Part shown: in pieces, positions 37,129-46,349 of the stretch
Layout of the letters: every line of letters starts with the position of its first letter
Position numbering within the stretch: position 1 is the first letter of the stretch
Assembly: GCA_045130875.1 (NCBI GenBank)
Contig: JBGUQI010000018.1
Span: 7,508 to 71,507 of the forward strand
Direction of reading: 5' to 3'
Origin: Bacilli bacterium
Lineage (GTDB): Bacteria; Bacillota_I; Bacilli_A; RFN20; CAG-826
DNA: 64,000 nt
The notes under the pieces: generated by a model
What the model was told of the DNA's origin: nothing
What the model saw: only the letters and a program-made list of their open reading frames with translations
The model's database searches: none
Position numbers and translations under genes: made by a program

Positions 37129-38370
37129 ATGTTAGAAATTATTATTTTAGTTATCGCATCCTTATTACTCATTGTGGGTATTGTTATTTTAATTATCTTA
37201 ATTAAGAGAAAACCTCAGGTTAATAACAATACAAATAATGAGTTAGATCTAAAAGAAATAGGAGCGTTATCCACTCAATTGGATAATCTTTCTAAAGATA
37301 TCAAGAAAGATATCGAATTAGCGGTATCTAAAGAGATGAATAACTCCTATGAAGTATTAGGCAAACAAAGTGAAAAGAATAATGAGAAATTAGAGAGATT
37401 CCAAGCTAACATCACTGAATCCTTAAATAAGAGATTTGATGCTTTAAACGAACAGATGAATAATCGTTTAAATGACATCAACAAGAAAGTTGATGAAAAA
37501 CTCCAAGAAGGATTTAAAGGAACATCTGAATCAATGGCGCAGGTCAGAGAAAGATTACAAGCCATTGATGATGCGCAAAAGAATATTGAATCATTATCTA
37601 AAGATGTTGTTTCTTTAAAGAATGTCTTAGAAGGCAATCAATCTAGAGGTAAATATGGTGAATACCAATTGAGCATGGTATTACATAATGTCTTTGGAGA
37701 CACAATTGGTTGTTATGAAGAACAATATACGATGAAGAAAGTCAAAGATGGTGATGATGTTAGAGCGGATGCCGTAGTGTTCATGCCTGAACCTAATAAG
37801 ATGATCTGTATCGACTCTAAGTTCCCATTCCAAGACTATAACCGTATCTTTGAATCCACAGATGAAGAAGAGATTAATAAATTAAAGAAAGAATTTACGG
37901 CTTCAGTTAAGAAGCATATTACTGCGATTAAAGATAAATATATTGTGGAAGGTAAAACCGCACCTGAAGCGATTATGTTTATCCCTAATGATGGTGTCTT
38001 CGCCTTTATCCATCAACACTGCGATGATGCAGTAGAGTTTGCTCGTGAAAAACGAGTGGTGTTAACTTCGCCAAGTACCTTACCATCTATCTTAGTCACT
38101 ATTAATATGGTGCGTATCGAAGTTGAAAGAGCAAAGAATGTCCAAGAGATATCTAAACAATTAAATAGATTAAGTAAAGACTTCGAGATGTTTGGTAAAG
38201 AATGGGATACATTCTCTAACCAATTAGAGAAAGCCTCTAATAGTAGAGAGAAACTCGATAAACGAGTGGGAAGAATCACTACGAAGTTTGAAGCTATTAA
38301 AACCAGCAATCCTCAAGAGATAACTGCGGATGAGGTAGTGGAAGTCGATTATAACGAATCTAATGATTAA
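37129..38370 (+). CDS. rmuC: DNA recombination protein RmuC
   Basis: N-terminal TM helix and coiled coil, then GKYGEYQLSMVLHNVFG ... ADAVVFMPEPNKMICIDSKFP, typical of RmuC. Confidence 0.85.
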   Translation: MLEIIILVIASLLLIVGIVILIILIKRKPQVNNNTNNELDLKEIGALSTQLDNLSKDIKKDIELAVSKEMNNSYEVLGKQSEKNNEKLERFQANITESLNKRFDALNEQMNNRLNDINKKVDEKLQEGFKGTSESMAQVRERLQAIDDAQKNIESLSKDVVSLKNVLEGNQSRGKYGEYQLSMVLHNVFGDTIGCYEEQYTMKKVKDGDDVRADAVVFMPEPNKMICIDSKFPFQDYNRIFESTDEEEINKLKKEFTASVKKHITAIKDKYIVEGKTAPEAIMFIPNDGVFAFIHQHCDDAVEFAREKRVVLTSPSTLPSILVTINMVRIEVERAKNVQEISKQLNRLSKDFEMFGKEWDTFSNQLEKASNSREKLDKRVGRITTKFEAIKTSNPQEITADEVVEVDYNESND

Positions 38371-38377
38371 TATTAAT

Positions 38378-38406
38378 GACCAACATTCAATTGTTGGTCT
38401 TTTTTA
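38378..38406 (+). terminator. rho-independent terminator
   Basis: GACCAACA-TTCAA-TTGTTGGTC stem followed by TTTTTT. Confidence 0.7.
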
Positions 38407-38427
38407 TTTATGTATAATATATAACGT

Positions 38428-39201
38428 ATGTCTTGGATGATTGTATTTAGTTTATTAATTCCATTAGCGGGTACCGTTCTCGGTGCAGCGATGGTTTTCT
38501 TTTTAAAGAATGGTATTCATCCACGTGTTAAAAAGATATTGATGGGCTTTGCCTCTGGTGTGATGATTGCGGCTTCTATTTGGTCATTATTACAGCCAGC
38601 GATTGAACACTATGACAAGAAAGACTTTAGGATGTGGTTAGTCCCGGCAGTGGGATTCTTATTAGGTATTGGCTTTATGCTCTTACTTGACTATATCATT
38701 CCTCATATCCATGGTAAGGAAGAGGAAGGTATTAAGAGTAGTAAGATGTCTAAAACATCAAAGATGATGTTAGCGGTTACTCTTCATAATATCCCCGAAG
38801 GTTTAGCGGTAGGTGTGGTTATTGCCGGGATGATTACCGGTAATATCAATGATAAAGCCATGTTAGCCTTAGCGATTGGTATTGCCATCCAAAACTTCCC
38901 TGAAGGCGTTATTGTCTCTATGCCTTTAAAAGAAGAGGGATTTCCTAAATGGAAAGCATTCTTATTTGGATGTATTTCCGGTATTGTGGAACCAATAGCC
39001 GCAGGATTAGCGATATTATTAACTAGCTTTGTAACAGTGATATTACCATATACTTTAGCGTTTGCTGCGGGTGTCATGATATATGTTGTCGTAGAAGAAT
39101 TAATTCCTGAAGCTAGCCAAGGAGAACATTCTAACTTAGCGACGATCGGTTTAGCGGTGGGATTTGTTCTCATGATGATATTAGATATCACTTTAGGCTA
39201 A
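38428..39201 (+). CDS. zupT: ZIP-family divalent metal transporter (ZupT-like)
   Basis: 257 aa with HNIPEGLAVG and QNFPEGV motifs, and a ZupT-like length and topology. Confidence 0.75.
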   Translation: MSWMIVFSLLIPLAGTVLGAAMVFFLKNGIHPRVKKILMGFASGVMIAASIWSLLQPAIEHYDKKDFRMWLVPAVGFLLGIGFMLLLDYIIPHIHGKEEEGIKSSKMSKTSKMMLAVTLHNIPEGLAVGVVIAGMITGNINDKAMLALAIGIAIQNFPEGVIVSMPLKEEGFPKWKAFLFGCISGIVEPIAAGLAILLTSFVTVILPYTLAFAAGVMIYVVVEELIPEASQGEHSNLATIGLAVGFVLMMILDITLG

Positions 39202-39202
39202 T

Positions 39203-39838
39203 ATGACATTTGCAATATTATTACAGATATTCTTATTAGGCATCGGCTTATCCGCTGATGCTTTTTCAGTTGCTTTAACCGATGGTTTAACTTATAGCGA
39301 TATCAATAAGAAGAAATCCTTCTTCATCGCTATAGTATTCGGTGTAATGCAAGCATTAATGCCCCTAATAGGCTTCTGGTTGGTCGAATTAGTGGAATTC
39401 ATATTAGGTGGTGTTGCAGGAGAAAAGGCCGGTAATATCGCCTCTTTAGTGGTTGTGTGGATTGCTTTTGGTTTATTGCTCTTTATCGGTGGTAAAATGC
39501 TTATCGAATCTATCATTGAATTAAGAAAACCAAAAGAAGAGAAAACTAGTAAGAAGTTCTCTATTAAAGAAGTATTATTCTATGGCTTTGCCACAGCGAT
39601 AGATGCTTTAGCAGCGGGTATTACCATGCATACTGGTTTATCTAATATATATACTGTATGGTTACATGTCTCTATTATCTTAGTGTTAACATTCTCTATC
39701 TCTTTATTAGGATTATTCTTAGGTAAACAGATCATGAGATTATTAAAAGGCAAGTATGAGATATCCGGGATTATCGGTGGTATTATTCTTATCTTATTAG
39801 CCATCTGGGTAGTGGTATCTCACTATACAGGTTTATAA
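39203..39838 (+). CDS. mntP: manganese efflux pump MntP
   Basis: LSADAFSVAL, PLIGFWL and TAIDALAAGI are duplicated DUF204 motifs as in MntP. The start is 1 nt after the ZIP gene stop. Confidence 0.8.
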   Translation: MTFAILLQIFLLGIGLSADAFSVALTDGLTYSDINKKKSFFIAIVFGVMQALMPLIGFWLVELVEFILGGVAGEKAGNIASLVVVWIAFGLLLFIGGKMLIESIIELRKPKEEKTSKKFSIKEVLFYGFATAIDALAAGITMHTGLSNIYTVWLHVSIILVLTFSISLLGLFLGKQIMRLLKGKYEISGIIGGIILILLAIWVVVSHYTGL

Positions 39839-39960
39839 TACATTATAAATTAATTGAAATGATATAGCATATATGCTATTTTTTTTGACAAAGAAAAGTC
39901 TTAAAAACTCGGAACGGAAACCTCTCAAACTATAGAATTATAGAAAGGAGGTATCCCGCA

Positions 39961-40050
39961 TTGAAGGATGAAAACAAAGAACTGATAAAGCTCTTGAAAA
40001 TCGCCCTGATTTGCCTTCTTGTGTGTCTAATTGGCTTGCTAATGAGATAA
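39961..40050 (+). CDS. 29-aa peptide with a hydrophobic C-terminal helix, type I toxin-like
   Basis: GGAGG lies 9 nt before TTG at 39961. The peptide is (M)KDENKELIKLLKIALICLLVCLIGLLMR. The ORF is enclosed by an interrupted 16-bp long-range helix (39912-39929 with 40091-40107). Confidence 0.4.
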   Translation: MKDENKELIKLLKIALICLLVCLIGLLMR

Positions 40051-40059
40051 AAAAAGAAG
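40031..40059 (+). repeat. 29-nt direct repeat, copy 1 (3' end of the small toxin-like ORF)
   Basis: TTGGCTTGCTAATGAGATAAAAAAAGAAG, repeated with 1 mismatch at 40157-40185. Confidence 0.85.
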
Positions 40060-40156
40060 CTCTCATAATTACCACAACCACGTAAGTAGATTTGAGGGGC
40101 TCCGTTCTTCTGGATTTATTATATCACACCAAGATACTTAGTAAATATGGATGTTG

Positions 40157-40185
40157 TTGGCTTGCTAATGAAATAAAAAAAGAAG
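40157..40185 (+). repeat. 29-nt direct repeat, copy 2 (decayed partial duplicate of the toxin-like ORF)
   Basis: TTGGCTTGCTAATGAAATAAAAAAAGAAG. Only a 9-codon remnant (ATG at 40147, MDVVGLLMK) remains. Confidence 0.85.
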
Positions 40186-40304
40186 TTCACCCGTTGTACT
40201 AACCTTACAAGTATGTTGGCGGAGCTCCTCAAATTGTAGTGGGGGGCAATAGGGGACGAGGTCTTTTCTTTTTTTATATAAGAAAATATGATTATAATTT
40301 TGAT

Positions 40305-40667
40305 ATGAAATTAGCATCTACTATTTTTAGTTGGTTGGGTTTAGCGGTGACAATTGCCATCGGTATTTTATTAATTTCTAATTATCACGTGACTAGTGAG
40401 TGGATAGAATCTAAGACATGTGAAATGTGGGATTGGGATTTAATTTGCAATTCTATTAAAAGACAAGAAATTACTTATACAGGAACACCTTGGTATGTAT
40501 ATATCATTTGGATTGCAACTTTAGTTGCACAACTCATAATTTTGGTTTGGAGGCAGATGTCGATATCTAATGGAAAAAAGACTGCCTGTGGCATTGTGAC
40601 TCTTATATGTGTCAGCGTAGTGGGTGGTTTGTTGACACTACTAATTAATAAAGATGAATTATATTGA
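40305..40667 (+). CDS. membrane protein of unknown function (120 aa)
   Basis: In-frame ATG at 40305 (MKLASTIFSWLGLAV...). The track's GTG start at 40239 would read through the upstream repeat region. Confidence 0.55.
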   Translation: MKLASTIFSWLGLAVTIAIGILLISNYHVTSEWIESKTCEMWDWDLICNSIKRQEITYTGTPWYVYIIWIATLVAQLIILVWRQMSISNGKKTACGIVTLICVSVVGGLLTLLINKDELY

Positions 40668-40718
40668 AGGGCAGCAAGCACTTCTTTTTTATATAATTAT
40701 TAATAAGGCTATTTGAAT

Positions 40719-41783
40719 ATGAAGACATTTAATAGAGACTTATACCTTTCATCCATATTTGAAGGCGATATTGTGTACTTTGAAACAGCCTTACCTTTTG
40801 AAGGCGAAGAGATTAGCCTTTTATATCCCATAGATGAGATCATTTCAGTGAGAAATTATCGATTAGATATCGAATATAAAGATGGTATTGATTATGTGGT
40901 TAAAGATGGGAAGTTATTTATACTTCCTAATGGAAATATCAAAACCACATCTTTAGATGAATATTATTCAAAGGAACCAGGTTCTATACAAATAGGAGTG
41001 GAGCCAAGTCGTTGCCCTTATAAGTTTAGTGAACAAAGATATCTCATGTATGGTGAAGGCGATTATATGACTAGTAGACAAATTGCTGTTAGCTACAAGC
41101 ACAAAGGATCTTGGAATTTGTTTAGACAGACAAATCTAACTAATAAAGTTAAAAGATTTATTAATAAATTAATAAATAAACAAGAAACCACGATATTGTT
41201 TTATGGTGATTCAATTACTGTTGGATGTAATAGTAGTGGTACGGAATATGGTGGTAATCAACCTCCTTATGCCGAACCATGGCCAGTGATGGTAACTGAA
41301 TATTTAAAAGACAAATATAATGCCAAGATTAACTATGTTAATACCGCTGTGGGTGGCAAAAATACTCCATGGGGTTTGGAGAACTTTAAAGAAAATGTTT
41401 TGAAATACAATCCCGATTTATTAGTGATTGGTTTTGGGATGAATGATGGATTTCTTCCCAAGGAAGAACATATTAAATTAATCATGAATATGGTCAACCA
41501 AATGAGAGAACATAATCCTGATTGTGACATCATTCTTATCGCTACAACAGTAGCTAATAATGAATCAACATGGTTTTTGGCACAAAACACTTATATTGAT
41601 GAGTATCAAAAGATTGATTTAGATAATGTCGCGCTCGTAGATATGACGCACACGCATTTAGATTTATTAAAGAAAAAGAGATTTAAAGATATGACTGGTA
41701 ACAATGTCAATCACCCAAATGACTTCTTAGCGAGAGTGTACGCTCAATCGATATTAGAAGTGATGGGCGAGTTAAAGAAATAA
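40719..41783 (+). CDS. SGNH/GDSL-family hydrolase (esterase)
   Basis: Block I FYGDSITVG, block II VGGKN, block III GFGMNDG, and C-terminal NHPND. Confidence 0.8.
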   Translation: MKTFNRDLYLSSIFEGDIVYFETALPFEGEEISLLYPIDEIISVRNYRLDIEYKDGIDYVVKDGKLFILPNGNIKTTSLDEYYSKEPGSIQIGVEPSRCPYKFSEQRYLMYGEGDYMTSRQIAVSYKHKGSWNLFRQTNLTNKVKRFINKLINKQETTILFYGDSITVGCNSSGTEYGGNQPPYAEPWPVMVTEYLKDKYNAKINYVNTAVGGKNTPWGLENFKENVLKYNPDLLVIGFGMNDGFLPKEEHIKLIMNMVNQMREHNPDCDIILIATTVANNESTWFLAQNTYIDEYQKIDLDNVALVDMTHTHLDLLKKKRFKDMTGNNVNHPNDFLARVYAQSILEVMGELKK

Positions 41784-41815
41784 TAAAGCAAACCACAATC
41801 AAATATTAGAAATAT

Positions 41816-42538
41816 ATGGCTAAAATCACATTGGAACATTTAAATCTTTCTTATAAAAAGAAAAGAAAAGAATTCACCACTGTTAGTGAAGATTTAAGTG
41901 TGACTTTTGATGATGCTAAAGTAAGTCTTATTATCGGTGAATCGGGATGTGGTAAAACCACAATATTAAGAGCGATAGCGGGTATTCTTAATCCTCAATC
42001 AGGACATATCTATTTTGATGATATCGATGTCACTAGTTATGATCCAGGGAGCAGGAATATATCCTATGTTAGCCAAGCTATTGGATTATATCCAAACCTC
42101 AGTGTCTTTAATAATATCGCTTTCCCTCTTCAAGTTTCTCATACTCCAGCGGATGAGATTAGAGAAAGAGTCCAAGAAGTAGCGGAGATGTTAAAGATTG
42201 AATATCTCCTAGCTAGAAAACCCAGAGAATTATCTATTGGTCAAGCCCAAAGAGTGGCTATCGCTAGAGCTATAGTGAAACGCTCGATAGTGTATCTCTT
42301 TGATGAACCATTCTCTAATCTAGATAAGAATATCTCTCGTGAATTAATCGCGGAATTGAGGAGTTTATTCACTAAATTAAGAGCGACAGTGATATTTGTG
42401 AGTCATGACACAAATGAGGGTTTTTCCATCGCTGATGAAGTCTATGTAATGGATAGTGGTTCCATTATATTAAAGGGAACACCGATGGATGTTCTTAACT
42501 CTAAAGATGAAAGAGTGAAGAGACTAATAAAGGGTTAA
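41816..42538 (+). CDS. ABC transporter ATP-binding protein (sugar-type NBD without the C-terminal regulatory domain)
   Basis: Walker A GESGCGKTT, signature LSIGQAQRVAIARA, Walker B LFDEPFSNLD. Only 240 aa. Confidence 0.85.
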   Translation: MAKITLEHLNLSYKKKRKEFTTVSEDLSVTFDDAKVSLIIGESGCGKTTILRAIAGILNPQSGHIYFDDIDVTSYDPGSRNISYVSQAIGLYPNLSVFNNIAFPLQVSHTPADEIRERVQEVAEMLKIEYLLARKPRELSIGQAQRVAIARAIVKRSIVYLFDEPFSNLDKNISRELIAELRSLFTKLRATVIFVSHDTNEGFSIADEVYVMDSGSIILKGTPMDVLNSKDERVKRLIKG

Positions 42539-42539
42539 T

Positions 42540-43016
42540 ATGAAGTTCTATAACCAAGAAGATTATTTAAAGATTGATAAACAAAAGAAAGTAAACCTTC
42601 TTTTAATTATCATTATGTGTGTCTTATTCGTGGCTATATTATTAACTGCGATATTTGTGAGTAACTATAAGACTAGGTTTATCTTTTCTCTGATCACTAG
42701 TCTAATAGAGTTTATCGATGTAGTATTCCTTATTTACTTCATCGGTAAATATTTATATTTAAAAAGAATTAAAAATGAATATTTCATTCTTTTAGAATCT
42801 AAAGATGAAGTCATTAGAGGAGAGATACTTGAAGTATCTGATTTCTTAACGACTCTACCAGATAAATCGAGATGTTATGAAGTGATGGTAAAAGTGGATG
42901 ATAAGGAGACCATCTACTATTTAAGTATGATATTCGATAGAGAATATCTTAAAGAGGGCTCATGTGAGTTATTAGTGAGCTCTGATTATATTAAGGGTGT
43001 GAAATATGAAGATTAA
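42540..43016 (+). CDS. membrane protein of unknown function
   Basis: Starts 1 nt after the ABC gene stop. Two TM helices, then a soluble domain. Confidence 0.55.
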   Translation: MKFYNQEDYLKIDKQKKVNLLLIIIMCVLFVAILLTAIFVSNYKTRFIFSLITSLIEFIDVVFLIYFIGKYLYLKRIKNEYFILLESKDEVIRGEILEVSDFLTTLPDKSRCYEVMVKVDDKETIYYLSMIFDREYLKEGSCELLVSSDYIKGVKYED

Positions 43017-43572
43017 ATATAATTTGAAGAACCATATTTCCTCCACATTTATCTTCTATCTCCTTTCAGTATTGATTGTGCCTTTATTATGTTCATATTT
43101 AATATTCATTAAAAATAAACCCAAGGCCACTCAAAGATTCTCTTTCTTTAGTGAAGTGAGTTTCGTAGATGAAGGGGAATTCAAACAATCATTATTTAAT
43201 ATCCTCCCTGAGGATTTAGAAATTGATTTATATGATATGGATAGGAATGATAATGTCTTTAATACTTATTTTTCATCCTATGGTTTGAATAGTGATATCT
43301 GTCTATTATCTAAAACCACATTAAATAAATTTGAGACAATTGATTTTGTGAATCTATCTAACACTAGATGGGATAAGGAAGATAATTATCACTTTGGTGA
43401 TTATAGTATCGGTGTTCACTATGTAAATATGACTCCCTTTAATGTCATAGATACCGATGAAACCTATTACTTATTAGCGATGAAGAAAAGTGTCCATCTT
43501 AATGGCATCTTAGAAAATAGCAAAACCGATCAAGTTGATCGTGTATTGGAGTATCTCATTAACAATGGCTAA
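43006..43572 (+). CDS. membrane-anchored protein of unknown function
   Basis: Overlaps the upstream gene by 11 nt. N-terminal TM helix. Confidence 0.55.
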   Translation: MKIKYNLKNHISSTFIFYLLSVLIVPLLCSYLIFIKNKPKATQRFSFFSEVSFVDEGEFKQSLFNILPEDLEIDLYDMDRNDNVFNTYFSSYGLNSDICLLSKTTLNKFETIDFVNLSNTRWDKEDNYHFGDYSIGVHYVNMTPFNVIDTDETYYLLAMKKSVHLNGILENSKTDQVDRVLEYLINNG

Positions 43573-44467
43573 GAAAGAGACTGTCTACTTCAAAAGAAGT
43601 AAATATCGGAAAGATGATTTCTCTTTAGAAGATTTACCATCTAATCGTGGTAAACAGTTTTTCGATATTTTGAAGAATGACTGGAAGGTCTTATTATTCT
43701 TAGGATTAATCTTTTTCTTATTCTCTTTACCATTTCTAACCTTAGAGTTCTTCCATTGGTTTTTTAAAGTTAATTTACCCACACAGTTAGAGAGTCAGGG
43801 CGTAGATGAGGCAACGATATATAGTTCCTTGCAATTAACCGAAGTCTTTTACGAATTAGCGCTTATTCTCACTAATCTCATTATCGCTATCCCTCTTTCG
43901 GGAGCGATGAGAGTGTTCAAGAGACTTATCCATGCGGAAGGAGTCTTATTTAGAGATGACTTTATCACCGGAATTAAACAGAATATCGGTAAGTTCTTAT
44001 TGTTCATGTTTTTATACTCGATTTTGCGATTTACCGCGCAATTTACGTATATTTATATGCAAAATATCCCTTTTTTCTCCGAGATTTTAAAAGGAGTTAC
44101 TACTGGTATCTTATATGTATTATTCGTTCCTATTCTCTTATTTATGATGTGTCAGGATGCGATATATAAGATGGGATTCTGGACTAATTTCAAGAACTCT
44201 TTCCAATTAGCGATAAGAGGTATATTAGGGATGCTAATATTCTCCTTCATCATCTTTGGAACATATTTTATTAAGCTTATTCCCCTTATCTATGTCCAAC
44301 TTCTCGTGTGGGGATTTGTGATATTGATATCACCTTTATATCTCCTCTCATTATCATTGTTTACGATGTCAAAATTTGATAGATATATTAATAAGGACTA
44401 TTACCCCGAAGTATATCGTAAAGGACTACGACCAGATGGAATTATACACAACCACACAGACCATTAA
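43565..44467 (+). CDS. YesL-like (DUF624) integral membrane protein
   Basis: ATG at 43565 overlaps the upstream stop. FFDILKNDWKVLLFLGLIFFLFSLPFL is a typical DUF624 start. The family is commonly linked to sugar ABC systems. Confidence 0.6.
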   Translation: MAKKETVYFKRSKYRKDDFSLEDLPSNRGKQFFDILKNDWKVLLFLGLIFFLFSLPFLTLEFFHWFFKVNLPTQLESQGVDEATIYSSLQLTEVFYELALILTNLIIAIPLSGAMRVFKRLIHAEGVLFRDDFITGIKQNIGKFLLFMFLYSILRFTAQFTYIYMQNIPFFSEILKGVTTGILYVLFVPILLFMMCQDAIYKMGFWTNFKNSFQLAIRGILGMLIFSFIIFGTYFIKLIPLIYVQLLVWGFVILISPLYLLSLSLFTMSKFDRYINKDYYPEVYRKGLRPDGIIHNHTDH

Positions 44468-45317
44468 AAAATGTCCATATTCCTCACACATCTTAGTGCC
44501 CCCCACAGATGTGCATAAAGCGACATTTTTTGTCTTGTCTTTCGTAGAAAAGGGTGAAGCCACGATTGAGTTCTACGATAAAGATGATAATAAAAAGAAA
44601 ACGATAACAGTCGTGGAGAATACCTGTTTCTTCTCCTATCCTTTCGTAGCGATGAAATATATCTCTTATTCCAAAGATCTTTCTTATCGAAACATCATGG
44701 TTAATGAGAAAGTGATGATGGAATGCTGTAACTTCTTACATCCCGGATTATATGATGATTTATTAAATCTCGAATATCCTCCATCATTTCATATCTCTCC
44801 TCCTTCGATTATCTATCTTGCGGAATGCGCTTCCGCATTAGAGGGAGCGAATAAGAATAAACAGAAAGATGCTGCGCATCGTTCTTTAGTGTGCTCCCTT
44901 CTCAATCAATACTTAGTATCTAAAACTACGAATAATATCTTCCCGATTTGGATCAATGGTTTCTTGAGAAGTCTAGAAGATGAAGAGTTCTTATCTAAGT
45001 CAGTAGAGGATATGGTTAAATCTACAAACTATTCTCATGGATATGTGAATAGAGAATTCAAGAGATGTATTGGTTGTTCTATCAAACAATATATCATTCG
45101 TAAGAAACTCGATAGAGCGACAGTCTTATTAACCACGACAAGCTATTCTATCGAAGAGATAAGCGATATCTTAAAGTTTGGTAACGCTAGTAACTTGATT
45201 ATTATCTTCAAGAAGAGATACGGTTTAACACCGGCGAAATATCGTAAATTATATGGTTCTTCCATCCAGGTAGATGTTTATCAGGAATGGGGAAATATCA
45301 CCTATCCTGATAAATAA
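44436..45317 (+). CDS. AraC-family transcriptional regulator
   Basis: C-terminal double HTH (YSHGYVNREFKRCIGCSIKQYIIRKKLDRA...FKKRYGLTPAKYRK). The start is uncertain (the track gives 44376). Confidence 0.75.
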   Translation: MELYTTTQTIKKCPYSSHILVPPTDVHKATFFVLSFVEKGEATIEFYDKDDNKKKTITVVENTCFFSYPFVAMKYISYSKDLSYRNIMVNEKVMMECCNFLHPGLYDDLLNLEYPPSFHISPPSIIYLAECASALEGANKNKQKDAAHRSLVCSLLNQYLVSKTTNNIFPIWINGFLRSLEDEEFLSKSVEDMVKSTNYSHGYVNREFKRCIGCSIKQYIIRKKLDRATVLLTTTSYSIEEISDILKFGNASNLIIIFKKRYGLTPAKYRKLYGSSIQVDVYQEWGNITYPDK

Positions 45318-45414
45318 TTATTAATTTAAGAGACCCATTGAGGTCAAAAACATAATATTTTTGTCATAAAATTAATATTTGCCATTTTTTTAGCATTACA
45401 TAAAATGTAAATAG

Positions 45415-46332
45415 ATGAAGAGTAAAACAGTCAGTAAATTACAGGGTTTTCCTATTAAGAATAAAACCCGTAGACAAGACCGTTTGGTTTTGATTATTTT
45501 CTGTGTCATCTTTGCTTTATATTCATTGATTTTATTGTTCCCGTTCTATTGGATTTTATTGAACTCTCTAAAGACGAAAGCGGAATTCGCTCAAAGTACT
45601 TGGTCATTCCCCACCTCTTTAGTGATTAGTAACTATGGACAATTATTCCAACTTCAAAGATATAAATTCGATGTCTTTGAGATGTTTAGGAATTCTTTAA
45701 TTCTCTGTCTTATCGTTCCCACGATGAGTACGATATCCACGACATTAGCGGCATATGTTATGGCGAAATATAAATTTAAAGGAAGAACAATTTTGTTCTT
45801 TATCTATATGATTCCCATGATTGTCTCTATCGCCGGTACCGCATCCTCAACCTTGAACTTATTTGAAAGACTAGGTTTTGATGAGATGCCATTCGTGGGT
45901 ATTGCCTTTATGTCCGCTTCTGGAACGGGATTAGGATTCCTATTAATTCACGCAGTGTTTAAATCCACATCTGATACTTATATGGAAGCCGCTCGTATCG
46001 ATGGTGCGGGTCACTTAAGAACTTTCTTCCAAATCATGTTACCCCATGCGATGGGTATTATTGGTACAAACTGGGTATTGGGATTTATCGGAACATGGAA
46101 TGATTATGTCACTCCGAGAATATTCCTTGGTAAGGGATATATGACCATCGCTACTGGATTAGAGAAGATTCATACCTTAGTCACTGATGTCGGTGAATAC
46201 GCGGATGTCTTTATGAATAACTATCCTCTATATTTCGCAGCGATTATCTTATCCATTATTCCGATTATCGTCTTGTTATTAGTGTTCCAGAAACAGATCA
46301 TGAAAATCAGCCTCGGAGGAGGCATCAAATAA
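45415..46332 (+). CDS. carbohydrate ABC transporter permease (MalG-type)
   Basis: EAA loop EAARIDGAGHLRTFFQIMLP. Six TM segments. Confidence 0.85.
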   Translation: MKSKTVSKLQGFPIKNKTRRQDRLVLIIFCVIFALYSLILLFPFYWILLNSLKTKAEFAQSTWSFPTSLVISNYGQLFQLQRYKFDVFEMFRNSLILCLIVPTMSTISTTLAAYVMAKYKFKGRTILFFIYMIPMIVSIAGTASSTLNLFERLGFDEMPFVGIAFMSASGTGLGFLLIHAVFKSTSDTYMEAARIDGAGHLRTFFQIMLPHAMGIIGTNWVLGFIGTWNDYVTPRIFLGKGYMTIATGLEKIHTLVTDVGEYADVFMNNYPLYFAAIILSIIPIIVLLLVFQKQIMKISLGGGIK

Positions 46333-46349
46333 TTAAGGAGGGCTTTTAT

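Noticed and set aside
40239-40304. GTG-initiated N-terminal extension of the 40239-40667 ORF (MGGNRGRGLFFFYIRKYDYNFD)
   Set aside because: The extension reads through the repeat and hairpin region of the decayed toxin-like locus and has no RBS. The in-frame ATG at 40305 begins a plausible membrane protein.
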